NCBI GenBank assembly: GCA_038246995.1
Contig: JBBRVH010000001.1
Coordinates: forward strand, 4,466 to 68,465
DNA length: 64,000 bases
Direction: 5' to 3'
Source of the DNA: Sphingomonadales bacterium
GTDB taxonomy: Bacteria > Pseudomonadota > Alphaproteobacteria > Sphingomonadales > Sphingomonadaceae
A model generated the notes under the pieces. It was not told the DNA's origin. It ran no database searches and was given only the letters and a program-made list of their open reading frames with translations. A program made the translations under genes and the position numbers. Below, piece by piece: positions 26,972 to 36,631 of this stretch (positions within the stretch are counted from its first letter, which is position 1; the number at the start of each line of letters is the position of its first letter).

Positions 26972-28405
26972 TTGATCGAATTCCTGCTTGGCTGTCTCGC
27001 CGGTCTCGCCATCGCCCTGCTGCTCGGCTGGGCGCTGTGGGCGCGGCCATTGGCCGGGTTGCGCGCCGAACGCGATACGGCGCGGGCCGAAGCGACCGAG
27101 GCGCTGGCCGAAGTCAGCCGGCAGCGCGAGGAGCGCGGGCGTCACGCCACCGAAGTGCTGATGCTTGGCCGCCGCAACGACGAACTGCGCGAAGCCGAAG
27201 CCGAACGCGAGCGATTGGCGGGGCAGTTGAGCGCACTGACCGCGCAACAGGCCGAGCGCGACCGTGCCCATGCCGCCGAAGTGGCGCGCACCGTGGAAAC
27301 CTTTCAGGCGCTGGCAGGCAAGGCCCTGGAAGGCGCGCAGGCCAAGCTGGCCGAAAGCGCCGAGCAATTGATGACCCGGCAGCGCGAAGCCGCCGGCGCC
27401 GGATTGGAGGCCAACCGCAACCAGCTCGCCGAACTGATCGCGCCGGTGAAGGAAACATTGGTCAAATATGAAACCCGGCTCGGCGAAGTCGAGGCAGCGC
27501 GGACCGAGGCCTATGGCAGCCTGAAGGAACAGCTCGCCAACGTGGTGCTCGGCCAGGAACGCGTTTCGGGGGCGGCGGCCAAGCTGGAAACCGCGCTGCG
27601 TTCATCGGGCAAGGTGGCCGGGCGCTGGGGCGAGGAACAGTGCCGCAACGTGCTCGAAGCCGCCGGGCTGGTGGAGGGCATCGATTTCGAAACGCAATGG
27701 TCGGTCGATGGCGAGGATGGCACCAAGCAGCGCCCGGATTTCAAGATCAACCTGCCCGGCGGGCGCGTGCTGGTCATCGACGTCAAATGCTCGATCGACG
27801 CCTATATTTCCGCCGCCGAAGCCGATGATGCAGCGACGCGGCAGACCTATCTCATCGCCCATGCCCGCGCTGTCAAAACCCATGCCGAAGGGTTGGCCAA
27901 AAAGGATTATGCCAAGGCGGTCGGCAGCGCGGTCGAATTCGTCGTGCTGTTCGTGCCGGGCGAAAACTTTCTTGGCGCCGCGCTCGAGCAGGATCGCAAC
28001 CTGATGAACGATTTCTTCAAGCGCCAGGTCGTGCTTGCCGGGCCGGTCAATCTCGTCGCGGTCGCCCGCACCGTCGGCGCGCTGCGCGACCAGGCGCGGC
28101 TGGCCAAGGAAGCCGGCGAAATCGCCAAGCTGGGCCGCGACCTTTATGATTCGATCCGCATCATGGGCGGCAATTTCAACAAGGTGCAAAAATCCCTCGA
28201 AGCCGCTGTCGGCAACTGGAACACGCTGGTCGGCCAGGTCGATTCGCGCGTTGTCGGCCGGGCGCGCAAGCTGAAGGACATGGGTGCCGCGACAGGCCTC
28301 GATGATCTGGTCGAGCTGGCGCCGGTCGTCCAGGTGCCGATGCTGCCGAACACCGCCGAAATGTCGGTGGCCATGCTGCCGATGGCGGAAGACGCCGCGG
28401 AATGA
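26972..28405 (+). CDS. rmuC: DNA recombination protein RmuC
   Basis: N-terminal TM, long coiled coil, nuclease-like core RPDFKINLPGGRVLVIDVKCSIDAY. Apparent TTG start. Confidence 0.9.
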   Translation: MIEFLLGCLAGLAIALLLGWALWARPLAGLRAERDTARAEATEALAEVSRQREERGRHATEVLMLGRRNDELREAEAERERLAGQLSALTAQQAERDRAHAAEVARTVETFQALAGKALEGAQAKLAESAEQLMTRQREAAGAGLEANRNQLAELIAPVKETLVKYETRLGEVEAARTEAYGSLKEQLANVVLGQERVSGAAAKLETALRSSGKVAGRWGEEQCRNVLEAAGLVEGIDFETQWSVDGEDGTKQRPDFKINLPGGRVLVIDVKCSIDAYISAAEADDAATRQTYLIAHARAVKTHAEGLAKKDYAKAVGSAVEFVVLFVPGENFLGAALEQDRNLMNDFFKRQVVLAGPVNLVAVARTVGALRDQARLAKEAGEIAKLGRDLYDSIRIMGGNFNKVQKSLEAAVGNWNTLVGQVDSRVVGRARKLKDMGAATGLDDLVELAPVVQVPMLPNTAEMSVAMLPMAEDAAE

Positions 28406-28423
28406 CCCGACATCAGCAAGTGA

Positions 28424-29563
28424 TCAGCCGAGCACGCGCATCAGGATCATCAGCACCACATAGATGCTCAGCGTGAGCCATGACGCCAGCGCCAGCACCG
28501 CCGTGCGCCAGACGGCAGCCCCGCGGGTCAACGCATAGGCGCCCTTCAACTGCGCATACATATGGACAACCGGCGCATTCAGCAGCGGCAGCCACAACCA
28601 TCCCGAAGTGATGCCGAGCGACAAGGCGCCACTGGCGATGATGAACAGCAACGACATGAAGCTGATCGAATAGAGCGAGAAAATGGCATGATCGTACATT
28701 TTCACTTCGCGGCGCGTGGCGAACAGCAGCCAGAGCCACGGTAGCGACAGCGGCACCAGCAGGAAGCTGAATTTATAGGCCTTGCCCTGGATCTTGTAGA
28801 AGACGAGTTCGGGATTCTTCATCGCGGCGCGGGCCTTGGCATTAAGCGATTCACTGCCGAAATCGGCCGTGACACCGTTGATCTTGATTTCGCGGCTGAT
28901 TTCACCGGGAATATCGGTCGGGGTGTCGATCTCCCCCTTCGCGCGCGCCTGCACCTTGTCCCGCGCCGCCATGACGCCGATCCGAACACCCTGCAGCGCT
29001 TCGAGCTCTCCATATCCCGGATTGGCCTTGGCAGCTGCAATCTCGGCATCGAGTTTGGCGAGTTCGGCTTCGACCTTGGGCAATTCCACCTTGGCCTCGG
29101 CCACGGACAACGGCTTGCCGTTTACGGCGGTGGCATCGTCGCCGCCGATGTTGTCGCCAATGTTCACGAAGCTGAAAACGAAAAACATCAGGAAAACGAC
29201 GAGCAGGAACAACGGCACCGGCGCGACATAGCGGGCGCGCTTGCCCTGGATATAGTCGCGGGTCAGCGTGCCGGGCTTGAACACCAGCATCGGCAGGGTT
29301 TTCCAGGTCTTGCCGTCGAAATGGGTGATGCCGTGCAGGATTTCTTCGCCGACATGGACGAGGCTGCGATGCACATGCGCCTTTTGCCCGCAGGCGGCGC
29401 AAAATTCGCCATGAAGCGGCGCAGCGCAATTGGCACAGCGATGGCCGGCATCGGCGGTTGCCGCCGCATCGATGTCCGCAGACCGGGCGCCCGGGCGGTT
29501 CAGTGCGTCGGCGGCAAGCCCTGCCGTCGCCAGAGCGCCCAGCGCGTCGATCTCGTCGCTCAT
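28424..29563 (-). CDS. DUF3667-like membrane protein with N-terminal zinc ribbon
   Basis: CANCAAPLHGEFCAACGQK followed by LHGITHFDGKTWKTLPMLVFKPGTLTRDYIQGKRARYV and several TM helices. Start is 29563 or 29605. Confidence 0.65.
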   Translation of the reverse strand: MSDEIDALGALATAGLAADALNRPGARSADIDAAATADAGHRCANCAAPLHGEFCAACGQKAHVHRSLVHVGEEILHGITHFDGKTWKTLPMLVFKPGTLTRDYIQGKRARYVAPVPLFLLVVFLMFFVFSFVNIGDNIGGDDATAVNGKPLSVAEAKVELPKVEAELAKLDAEIAAAKANPGYGELEALQGVRIGVMAARDKVQARAKGEIDTPTDIPGEISREIKINGVTADFGSESLNAKARAAMKNPELVFYKIQGKAYKFSFLLVPLSLPWLWLLFATRREVKMYDHAIFSLYSISFMSLLFIIASGALSLGITSGWLWLPLLNAPVVHMYAQLKGAYALTRGAAVWRTAVLALASWLTLSIYVVLMILMRVLG

Positions 29564-29678
29564 CCTTGCCCCCGTGTTGCAGCTGCGAAGGTCGGCGATA
29601 TCCACCGTTTTGGCAAGGCATGGCGTTGCGGGCGGCCCGGTCGCCCGGTAGGGTGAATGAAAGAGGAGATTTCAGATC

Positions 29679-30200
29679 ATGGCGGGCGTGAACAAGGTTA
29701 TTCTGGTCGGACGGCTGGGCAAGGACCCGGAAACCAAAAGCTTCGCCAACGGCGGCTCGGTGACGCAGTTCACCATGGCGACATCGGAAAACTGGCGCGA
29801 CAAGCAGTCGGGTGAACGCAAGGAAAAAACCGAATGGCACAACATCGTCATTCGCAACGAAAACATCGGCAAGGTGGCGCAGCAATATCTGCGCAAGGGC
29901 AGCGAAGTCTATATCGAAGGGGCGATCACCACCCGCAAATGGCAGGACCAGAGCGGCGCCGATCGCTACACGACCGAAATCGTCGTCGGTCCGTTCAAGG
30001 GCGAACTGTCGCTGATCGGCGGGCGTGATGGTGGCGGCGGTGGCGGCGGCAGCGGCGGCAGCATGGGCGGCGGCGGTGACCGCGGCGGCTATGGCGGCGG
30101 CGATGATTATGGCGCCCCGGCCGGCGGCAACAATTTCGGCAGCGCCGCCAAGCGTCCCGCCGCCTTTGACGATGATCTCAACGACGACGTGCCGTTCTGA
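29679..30200 (+). CDS. ssb: single-stranded DNA-binding protein
   Basis: [20 protein letters not shown] fold, Gly-rich linker, acidic tip [10 protein letters not shown]. Confidence 0.95.
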   Translation: MAGVNKVILVGRLGKDPETKSFANGGSVTQFTMATSENWRDKQSGERKEKTEWHNIVIRNENIGKVAQQYLRKGSEVYIEGAITTRKWQDQSGADRYTTEIVVGPFKGELSLIGGRDGGGGGGGSGGSMGGGGDRGGYGGGDDYGAPAGGNNFGSAAKRPAAFDDDLNDDVPF

Positions 30201-30221
30201 GCCCGGTGCAGGGCTGAAACC

Positions 30222-31628
30222 TCATACCCCGGCGGGCGGCAGCAGCTTGCCGGGGTTCATGATGCCGAGCGGATCGAGCGCCATCTTGAGCGCGCGCATC
30301 ACGTCGAGCCCGCCACCATGTTCGGCGGCCATGACCCCCAGCTTGTGCAGGCCGATGCCATGTTCACCGCTGATGGTGCCGCCCAGCCGCAGCGCGCGGC
30401 GGGCAATGCTGTCACCGAGCGCTTCGGCCCGAGCGCGTTCGGCGACATCGGCGGGGTCGAACAGCACCAGCATGTGGAAATTGCCATCACCGACATGGCC
30501 GACGACCGGTGCCACAAGGCCAGCGGCATCGGCTTCGGCGCGGGTTTCCAGGATCGCTTCGGCGAGCCGTGAAATCGGCACACAGGCATCGGTTGAAATT
30601 GCCTCGCACCCCGGTTTCAGGCTGCGCGCCGCCCAATAGGCATTGTGCCGCGCCGTCCACAACGCCGTTCGATCCTCCTGCCGGTCGGCCCAGCGCAGTT
30701 CGCCGCCGCCATGTTGCGCCGTCACGTCGGCAACCTGTTGCACCTGTTCCGCCACCCCGGCCGGCGCGCCATGAAATTCGAGGAACAGCGTCGGCACCGC
30801 AGCCATGCCGGTCAATCGCGAATGCCCGATACAGGCGCGCATCATTTCGGCATCAAGCAGTTCGATCCGCGCCAGCGGTACGCCCAGTTGCATGATGGTG
30901 ACCACTGCATCGATGGCGCCGCCCAGTGTTTCAAAGGCGCATACCGCCGCCGCAATGGTTTCGGGCACGCCGAACAGCCGCAATTGCAACTCGGTAATTA
31001 CGCCCAGCGTGCCTTCCGACCCTATATACAGCCGGGTCAAATCATAGCCCGCTGCCGATTTTCGTGCCCGGCCGCCGGTGTTGATGACATCGCCATTGGG
31101 CGTGACGACCGTCAGGCCCAGGGTCACATCGCGCATCGTGCCATAGCGGACGGCGTTGGTGCCGCTGGCGCGGGTCGCCGCCATGCCGCCAAGCGAGGCA
31201 TTCGCACCCGGATCCAGCGGAAAGAACAGCCCTTCGCTGCGGAGATGGGCGTTGAGCGCTTGGCGCGTGACCCCGGCCTCGACCCGGCAATCGAGATCGG
31301 CGGGATTGACCGCCAGCACCCGGTCCATTGCCGACAGATCGAGACTGATGCCGCCATGGATCGCCTGGATCTGGCCCTCCAGCGACGTACCGGTACCAAA
31401 GGGGATGAGCGGCACACGAAAATCGCGGCAAGCCCGCACCACATCGGCGACATCGGCGGTCGAATGCGCAAAGACTACCGCCGCCGGCGGCATGATGTCA
31501 TGCAAGCCTTCGCCGCGGCCATGCGCTGCCCGGACCGCTGCTGCCGTCGCCACCCGGTCGCCAAAACGCGTCACCAGGGCTGCCACGGCAGCGGTGCAAT
31601 CGACAGGCTCGGGCCGGGCAGGAATCAT
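30222..31628 (-). CDS. FAD-linked oxidase (GlcD/D-lactate dehydrogenase-like)
   Basis: FAD-binding PCMH-type N-terminus (VVFAHSTADVADVVRAC...PFGTGTSLEG) and C-terminal GGTISGEHGIG. Confidence 0.85.
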   Translation of the reverse strand: MIPARPEPVDCTAAVAALVTRFGDRVATAAAVRAAHGRGEGLHDIMPPAAVVFAHSTADVADVVRACRDFRVPLIPFGTGTSLEGQIQAIHGGISLDLSAMDRVLAVNPADLDCRVEAGVTRQALNAHLRSEGLFFPLDPGANASLGGMAATRASGTNAVRYGTMRDVTLGLTVVTPNGDVINTGGRARKSAAGYDLTRLYIGSEGTLGVITELQLRLFGVPETIAAAVCAFETLGGAIDAVVTIMQLGVPLARIELLDAEMMRACIGHSRLTGMAAVPTLFLEFHGAPAGVAEQVQQVADVTAQHGGGELRWADRQEDRTALWTARHNAYWAARSLKPGCEAISTDACVPISRLAEAILETRAEADAAGLVAPVVGHVGDGNFHMLVLFDPADVAERARAEALGDSIARRALRLGGTISGEHGIGLHKLGVMAAEHGGGLDVMRALKMALDPLGIMNPGKLLPPAGV

Positions 31629-31805
31629 GCTGTCTTATAGGCCCGGCCTCGCGCAACCGGCAGCGGCAAATTGCACCGATTGTTCAGCATTCGACAACCC
31701 TAATCCGGCTTCATCATCTTTGGATTCACGGCACGCCGGCGAGCGCCGTTGATGGAATTGTCGTCGCCGCAGCGACGGCCTGTTTTCAGTAGCGGAGTGA
31801 GAGAA

Positions 31806-33008
31806 ATGACGACAATAACCGTAACCAATAATGCCAGCCTGGTGCGGGCGCTGCGTGTGGCGCGCGGTGGCGAAACGATATTGCTGGCACCCGGCAATTA
31901 TGGCGATGTTGTATTGTCGGGGATGGGGCCGCGGTCGACAGTCACGATCAGGTCGGCGAATGCCGACAATGATGCGGTTTTCACGTCGTTGAAGCTGACC
32001 AACGTCAGCAACATGGTGTTCGACGATATCGACGTACGACATCCGCTTCTGCCCGGCGAAAGGGATTTCGAAGCGGCCATCCGGGTCAACAAGTCAAATA
32101 ATATCACATTTGTTGGAATCGACGCCAGCGGATCGTTGAATGGCAATTCGTTTGACGATGGCAATGGCATTCATGTGGGCAACAGTAGCCGCATCGCAGT
32201 GCTCGATTCGACCTTTACGGAATTCAAAAATGGCGCAGTTTTCACCAATGCGAGCGATGTCATTTTCGCTGGGAACACCATTCGCAACGTTCGCGAAGGT
32301 GTCAACATGTCAGCCGTTTTCAGCGGCTTGTTCGAACGCAATTTCGTGGCGGACGTTGCAGGTGACCCGAGCCGCGGGGATCATCCCGATGCCTTCCAGG
32401 TGCACGGCGGCGGCGGCGCGAGCCGTGATCTGGTCTTCAACTCCAATGTCATCATGGGCAACAACACCCAGGGCATCTTCATCCGTAACGAACAATTCGC
32501 CCGAACGGGGCTGGAGCACAGCAATTTCGTTATCACCAACAACTACATCGAATCGAACACGCGTAATGCCATCGCGGTCCGAGACCTCGATGGCTTCATC
32601 ATCAGCAACAATACGATCCGCGACACCGGTGGTCCCGGCCTGGTGCCGGGCATGGTCATCGTCAATCTGTCCAACGGCGTGATCAAAGGCAACGTCGTGC
32701 CTTTGATGGATGGCCAACGCGGCGCCGACCTGGTGAACGCCAATGTCGTCGTTACCGACAATATCGATATCTGGGACACCAAGCAGAAACGTGGCGTCAG
32801 CGAAGCCAGCCTGTTTGCCGCCCCGGTGGGCACCGGCGATATCGATTTCTCGGCCCTCGGCGTGCGCGCTGGCAGTGCGGCCGACATTGCCGGCGCCGGA
32901 TTTCGCGCGGTGGCCGGCATCGGCAATCTCGGGGGCTCGGCCGCGACACAGCTTGCCGCCTATCTGCCCCAGTTCGAAGGGAATTTCGCTGCCGCCTATC
33001 CGCTCTGA
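31806..33008 (+). CDS. right-handed parallel beta-helix repeat protein
   Basis: Start at ATG 31806 after GGAGTGAGAGAA. Repeated (N/D)xx(I/V)xxNx(I/F) turns (NITFVGID, SRIAVLDSTF, VIFAGNTIRNV, VITNNYIESN, IISNNTIRD). No N-terminal signal peptide. GC lower than neighbours. Confidence 0.65.
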   Translation: MTTITVTNNASLVRALRVARGGETILLAPGNYGDVVLSGMGPRSTVTIRSANADNDAVFTSLKLTNVSNMVFDDIDVRHPLLPGERDFEAAIRVNKSNNITFVGIDASGSLNGNSFDDGNGIHVGNSSRIAVLDSTFTEFKNGAVFTNASDVIFAGNTIRNVREGVNMSAVFSGLFERNFVADVAGDPSRGDHPDAFQVHGGGGASRDLVFNSNVIMGNNTQGIFIRNEQFARTGLEHSNFVITNNYIESNTRNAIAVRDLDGFIISNNTIRDTGGPGLVPGMVIVNLSNGVIKGNVVPLMDGQRGADLVNANVVVTDNIDIWDTKQKRGVSEASLFAAPVGTGDIDFSALGVRAGSAADIAGAGFRAVAGIGNLGGSAATQLAAYLPQFEGNFAAAYPL

Positions 33009-33058
33009 CGCAGCATGGAAGGTCCGGTGGGGCGCCCTGCTTCCCCAGGGGTGCCCGC

Positions 33059-33129
33059 CTGTCGACGCCGCCGCCGCGCTTTCCCCTCGCGCGGCGGCGG
33101 GACTGCGGCTATATCTGCCGCGTCGACAG
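33059..33129 (+). other. nested GC-rich hairpin in the intergenic region (terminator-like, no T-tract)
   Basis: Outer stem ctgtcgacg 33059-33067 with cgtcgacag 33121-33129. Inner 12-bp stem 33068-33079 with 33089-33100. Confidence 0.5.
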
Positions 33130-33147
33130 TGCCGGGAGCCGCCGAAC

Positions 33148-34221
33148 ATGCGCAGACTGCTGATCGTCGGAGTGATGGGCCTCATGTCGACGATAGCTGC
33201 CGCCGCACCGATGCCGAAATCGGGGCCGGCGCTGCCGCCCCCTGCCCCGCCGATTGTCATCGCGCATCGCGGCGCCAGTGCCGATCGGCCCGAACACACG
33301 CTTGCCGCCTATGCCCTGGCCATCGAACAGGGGGCCGATTTCATCGAGCCCGACCTGGTGGCGACGAAAGATCGCCAGCTTGTCGCGCGCCATGAAAACG
33401 AGATTTCGGGCACGACCGATGTCGCCAGCCATCCCGAATTCGCCGATCGCAAGACAAGCAGGACCATCGACGGCGAACGCTTCACCGGCTGGTTCACCGA
33501 AGATTTCACCCTTGCCGAGTTGAAGACCCTGCGCGCCCGCGAACGCTTGCCGCAATTGCGCCCCGCCAACGCCGCCTTCGACGGGCAGGAATCGATCCCG
33601 ACGCTGGCGGAAATCATCGCGCTCGCCAGGCAAGCGACGCGCAAGACCGGGCGCACGATCGGCATCTATCCCGAAACCAAGCATCCCAGCCATTTCCGCA
33701 CGATCGGCCTGGCGCTTGAACCGCTGCTGCTCGCCGAACTGCAAACCGCCGGCTGGACGACGGCGGCAGCGCCGGTGTTCATCCAGTCGTTCGAAGTCCA
33801 GAACCTGAAGGATCTGCACGGCCAGACCGGCGTGCGGCTGATCCAGTTGATCGGTGACGGCATGTCGGGCGATGGCGTCGCCTATGATTCGCTCGTCACC
33901 CCGACGGGCCTCGCCGGGGTCGCCACCTATGCCGCCGGCATCGGTCCGGCGCGCGAACGGATAATCCCGCGCAGCGCCGCCGGCGTGCTTGGCACACCCA
34001 CGTCGCTGGTCGCGGATGCGCATGCCGCCGGGTTGCAAGTCCACCCCTGGACGTTCCGGCCGGAAAACTTCTTCCTGAGCGCACCGTACCGCCGCGGCAC
34101 CAACCCCGTGGATCGCGGCGACGCCGAAGCCGAAATCCGCCTTTATCTCGAAACCGGCATCGATGGCGTGTTCAGCGACCTGCCAGCCGCCGCCGTCGCT
34201 GCGATGGGGCCGGCAAAGTAA
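33148..34221 (+). CDS. glpQ: periplasmic glycerophosphodiester phosphodiesterase
   Basis: Signal peptide MRRLLIVGVMGLMSTIAAAA. IAHRGASADRPEHTLAAY...FIEPDLV catalytic motifs. Confidence 0.85.
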   Translation: MRRLLIVGVMGLMSTIAAAAPMPKSGPALPPPAPPIVIAHRGASADRPEHTLAAYALAIEQGADFIEPDLVATKDRQLVARHENEISGTTDVASHPEFADRKTSRTIDGERFTGWFTEDFTLAELKTLRARERLPQLRPANAAFDGQESIPTLAEIIALARQATRKTGRTIGIYPETKHPSHFRTIGLALEPLLLAELQTAGWTTAAAPVFIQSFEVQNLKDLHGQTGVRLIQLIGDGMSGDGVAYDSLVTPTGLAGVATYAAGIGPARERIIPRSAAGVLGTPTSLVADAHAAGLQVHPWTFRPENFFLSAPYRRGTNPVDRGDAEAEIRLYLETGIDGVFSDLPAAAVAAMGPAK

Positions 34222-34296
34222 AGGGCCTGGGCCCGTCTGCGCCCTCCCCGTTCCGGGTTCGCAGCGCTGATGCGGGGGCGGGAGAACAAAGCCCTG

Positions 34297-34740
34297 CTAC
34301 TTCGCCTCGGGCCAATCGAGCAGGAAGTTGATGTTCGCCGCCGCGATCGGCCGGCTGCGGTCGAATTGCCAGGCGCGGCTGCTGACATTGACGATGCGAC
34401 GGCCGAGCCTGGTGACTTCGGCGGCGGCGATGGTATCGATCGGTGTGCCTTCGCGCATGAAATCGACCGTAACGGTGACCGGTCGGATGCGCGGCAGGCG
34501 GGTCGCATCGGGTTGCGCGACGATCACCGCGGCCAGCCCGGCGATTTCGAGCAGCCCGGCCAGCGCACCGCCGTGGATGCGCCCCGGCGCGCCGACAAGG
34601 CCGATGGCGAAGGGCATGATCAGCCGGACTTCATCGTCATCCTGATCGAAACGCAGATCGAGCGCCCGGGCATAGGGCAGCATGTCGAGCCGGCCATGGC
34701 GTTCATCGCGCAGCGCGGCGGCAAGGGCGAGGCTGGTCAT
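34297..34740 (-). CDS. PaaI-family hotdog thioesterase
   Basis: GRIHGGALAGLLEIAG motif, 147 aa. Confidence 0.8.
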   Translation of the reverse strand: MTSLALAAALRDERHGRLDMLPYARALDLRFDQDDDEVRLIMPFAIGLVGAPGRIHGGALAGLLEIAGLAAVIVAQPDATRLPRIRPVTVTVDFMREGTPIDTIAAAEVTRLGRRIVNVSSRAWQFDRSRPIAAANINFLLDWPEAK

Positions 34741-35192
34741 GGCGCCGGCTGCTGCGCGGCAAACATAAACGTGCCTGCCATGTTGGCGATCGGGTTGGCC
34801 GGGTCGCCATCATGCGCCAGCCCGCGGACAAAGGCGATCTGGCGGGTGAGGCGATAGCATTCGGCGTGGCCGACCACCGTGACACCCGGCGCCGGCCCGC
34901 GCAGATAATCGACCCGCATGTCGAGCGTGGCGTGCGATACAAGTTCACCGCGCGCCACCAGCACGGCGAAGCCGGCGCTGTTGTCGAGCAGGGTGAAAAT
35001 CGCCCCCGAAGCGATGATGCCATAATCGGGGTCGGCAAGCTGTTGTTCGGCAAAGGGCATTTCCAGCTCGGCCCAATCCTTGCCATGGGCGCGATAGCCG
35101 ATGCCCATCAGCTTGAGATGCGGTACGCCATCCATGAAGCGCTGCATGAACCGCTGCTGGCGCGCCGCGGCTTTTTCGGCGTCTGCGGTCAT
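34737..35192 (-). CDS. PaaI-family hotdog thioesterase
   Basis: IIASGAIFTLLDNSAGFAV motif. ATGA-type overlaps on both sides. Confidence 0.8.
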   Translation of the reverse strand: MTADAEKAAARQQRFMQRFMDGVPHLKLMGIGYRAHGKDWAELEMPFAEQQLADPDYGIIASGAIFTLLDNSAGFAVLVARGELVSHATLDMRVDYLRGPAPGVTVVGHAECYRLTRQIAFVRGLAHDGDPANPIANMAGTFMFAAQQPAP

Positions 35193-35602
35193 GCGGCACT
35201 GGCCTGCGCCAGTTCGCCGATGCGTGCGATCATCGAGGCGAGCCCCTGGGTCCGGTTCGACGACAGATGCTTCGACAGGCCGAGCCCATCGAGCCGGGCG
35301 CGGATCTCGGCCGTGTCGATCGCCGCTGGCGCACGATCGTCGGCGAGCAGGAGCACCAGTGCCACAAGGCCCTTGACGATCGCTGCATCGCTGTCGGCGG
35401 CGAAATGCAGCCGGCCCTCGGCAAGGCGCGGGTGCAGCCAGACCTGGCTGGCGCAGCCGCGCACGCGGGTGGCATCGGTTTTCAGGGCGTCGGGCATCGG
35501 TGGCAAGGCGCGGCCAAGGTCGATCAACAACCGGTAACGGTCATCCCAATCGTCGAAGGCGTCGAATTCGGCCTCGACATCGTCAAAAGTCGCGATGCTC
35601 AT
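35189..35602 (-). CDS. sufE: SufE-like cysteine desulfuration protein
   Basis: DDRYRLLIDLG...VRGCASQVWL active-site Cys motif. Confidence 0.85.
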   Translation of the reverse strand: MSIATFDDVEAEFDAFDDWDDRYRLLIDLGRALPPMPDALKTDATRVRGCASQVWLHPRLAEGRLHFAADSDAAIVKGLVALVLLLADDRAPAAIDTAEIRARLDGLGLSKHLSSNRTQGLASMIARIGELAQASAA

Positions 35603-35660
35603 CCCGACAGCGTTTGCGGAAGGCAGCGGCGGGGGTCAAGCCGCGCAGCGTCGCAGCGTT

Positions 35661-35897
35661 CTAAAAATCGACCCCGGCGGCGATCGCCTCCAGCTTACGG
35701 ATGCGTTCCTTCAAATCGGCAAGATCGATGCGCTGGCCGATGGCGGGCAGGTCATGGCCGTCGCCGCGCAACAGTTCGAGCTCGCGGGCCCGCAATCGCA
35801 GCCAGCCGGCCCAGGCCCAGGCGGCAAAGCCGGCGACAAGGCCGATGCCGGCAAGCGTGGCGCTCGACAGGATCAGCAGGGAATCGATTGGTGGCAT
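35661..35897 (-). CDS. PspB-like single-pass membrane protein, array copy 6 (most divergent)
   Basis: 78 aa. TM LLILSSATLAGIGLVAGFAAWAWAGW, C-terminus LKERIRKLEAIAAGVDF. SD GGGAGGA. Confidence 0.6.
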   Translation of the reverse strand: MPPIDSLLILSSATLAGIGLVAGFAAWAWAGWLRLRARELELLRGDGHDLPAIGQRIDLADLKERIRKLEAIAAGVDF

Positions 35898-35954
35898 GGT
35901 CGGTCCTCCCTAATGGTCTGAATGGGGGGTTCAGGGGTGGCGGGGCAAAGGGGT

Positions 35955-36233
35955 TCAGTCGCGTTTCAGGCTTTCGATCTCATCCGACAGGCGCCTGGCC
36001 GGGTCGGTGGCGATGCGTTCGAGTACGGCAAGACGTTCATTGAGGCGGGTGATCTCGGCCTTCATGCGGTCGGACTCCACGGCGCTGACGCCATCGGGAT
36101 CGGCCATCAGGGTGCGCCCCTGCCACTTGCCGTCACGCTTCGACAGGCGCGGGTTCACGCCCAGGCGGGCGCTGAGAATCTTGCCGATCGTCACGATCAA
36201 CACGATGCCGATAACCATTTCGAACGGATTCAT
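35955..36233 (-). CDS. PspB/PspC-zipper-like single-pass membrane protein, array copy 5
   Basis: 92 aa. TM MVIGIVLIVTIGKIL, C-terminus TRLNERLAVLERIATDPARRLSDEIESLKRD. SD AGGAAAG. Confidence 0.7.
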   Translation of the reverse strand: MNPFEMVIGIVLIVTIGKILSARLGVNPRLSKRDGKWQGRTLMADPDGVSAVESDRMKAEITRLNERLAVLERIATDPARRLSDEIESLKRD

Positions 36234-36293
36234 CGTTGGGGCTTTCCTGTGGCCGGGGGCAGGCCGGAGAAGAAGGGAAGGGTGTTCGGCAGG

Positions 36294-36620
36294 TCAGTTG
36301 AGCGCCTTGGGCTGCAAATTGTCGATTTCATCGGCAAGCCTGGTGCCGCGATCGACGGCGATGCGTTCGAGCACCTGCAACCGGTCCTTCATGCTGCCGA
36401 CTTCGGCGCGCAACTGGGCATTTTCCTGCGCCAGCAGCTTGACGCGTTCCATCGTCTCGCCGCCGCCGTGCGGCAGCATCGGCTTGCCCGAGCTGCTTTC
36501 CAGCGGGTAGCCGTTCTTGACGCGCAGCCACACGGTGGTCACCCAGCCGATGGTGCCGATGAAGACGGCGCTGACGCCGACGGGGGCAATCGCTTCGATC
36601 ATGGCGGGGTCGAGAGCCAT
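36294..36620 (-). CDS. PspB/PspC-zipper-like single-pass membrane protein, array copy 4
   Basis: 108 aa. TM VSAVFIGTIGWVTTVWL, then KNGYPLE, C-terminus MKDRLQVLERIAVDRGTRLADEIDNLQ. SD GAGGAA. Confidence 0.7.
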   Translation of the reverse strand: MALDPAMIEAIAPVGVSAVFIGTIGWVTTVWLRVKNGYPLESSSGKPMLPHGGGETMERVKLLAQENAQLRAEVGSMKDRLQVLERIAVDRGTRLADEIDNLQPKALN

Positions 36621-36631
36621 CGGATTGTTCC

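Noticed and set aside
29564-29678. Looked for an alphaproteobacterial LexA box (GTTC-N7-GTTC / GAAC-N7-GAAC) upstream of ssb
   Set aside because: No match found in the spacer.
30201-30221. Short hairpin agccc-ggtgca-gggct between the convergent ssb and FAD-oxidase genes as a bidirectional terminator
   Set aside because: Only a 5-bp stem and no T-tract. Insufficient support.
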